Of a DNA stretch of 64,000 bases, positions 63,804 to 64,000 are shown one piece after another. The stretch is from Octopus sinensis (Eukaryota): NCBI RefSeq assembly GCF_006345805.1, contig NC_043019.1, forward strand, positions 27,031,360-27,095,359. Reading direction: 5' to 3'. Position 1 is the first letter of the stretch. Every line of letters starts with the position of its first letter. Made by a program: the position numbers and the translations under genes. The notes below the pieces were generated by a model. That model ran no database searches. It was not told where the DNA came from and worked only from the letters and a program-made list of their open reading frames with translations.

Positions 63804-64000
63804 TTCTATACTAATGAACGATCTCAACAAGTCTTTACTATGCCATGTTTTAGGACGAAGTCTCTGTAATTGGATGCTCTCTGTCTTCTCATATAACACG
63901 ATGTGCAGAAAGGAGAAACGCTGCGTTGTGTTAGTAAAAATTCATCTTCGATTTAATAAAGCTCACACACATGTCACACATGTACACAAACACACACATG

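Overview
Eukaryotic, AT-rich, extremely microsatellite-dense DNA. The SINE and repeat landscape looks like an octopus (cephalopod) genome; that is an inference. There is a 100-N scaffold gap at 55498-55597. Only two intact protein-coding genes are supported: tandem, same-strand paralogues of the Golgi heparan-sulfate glucosamine 3-O-sulfotransferase family (HS3ST1/HS3ST5-like) at 22524-23450 and 41118/41121-42047. They are exactly colinear (offset 18597 bp, no indels) and each has a single coding exon behind a conserved splice acceptor. Both keep the catalytic and PAPS-binding residues but have replaced most of the heparan-sulfate acceptor-binding residues, so they are candidates for a new sulfation specificity. 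The rest of the window is mobile DNA: several tRNA-derived SINE families (some as head-to-tail multimers), R4/Dong-type RLE LINE fragments sitting in (TAA)n, Penelope-like elements from three apparent clades with hammerhead ribozyme motifs (one carrying a captured 18S rRNA 5' end), Helitron-like elements, and mariner, pogo, hAT, piggyBac, Merlin-like and foldback MITEs. Almost all ORFs in the supplied track are microsatellite artefacts.
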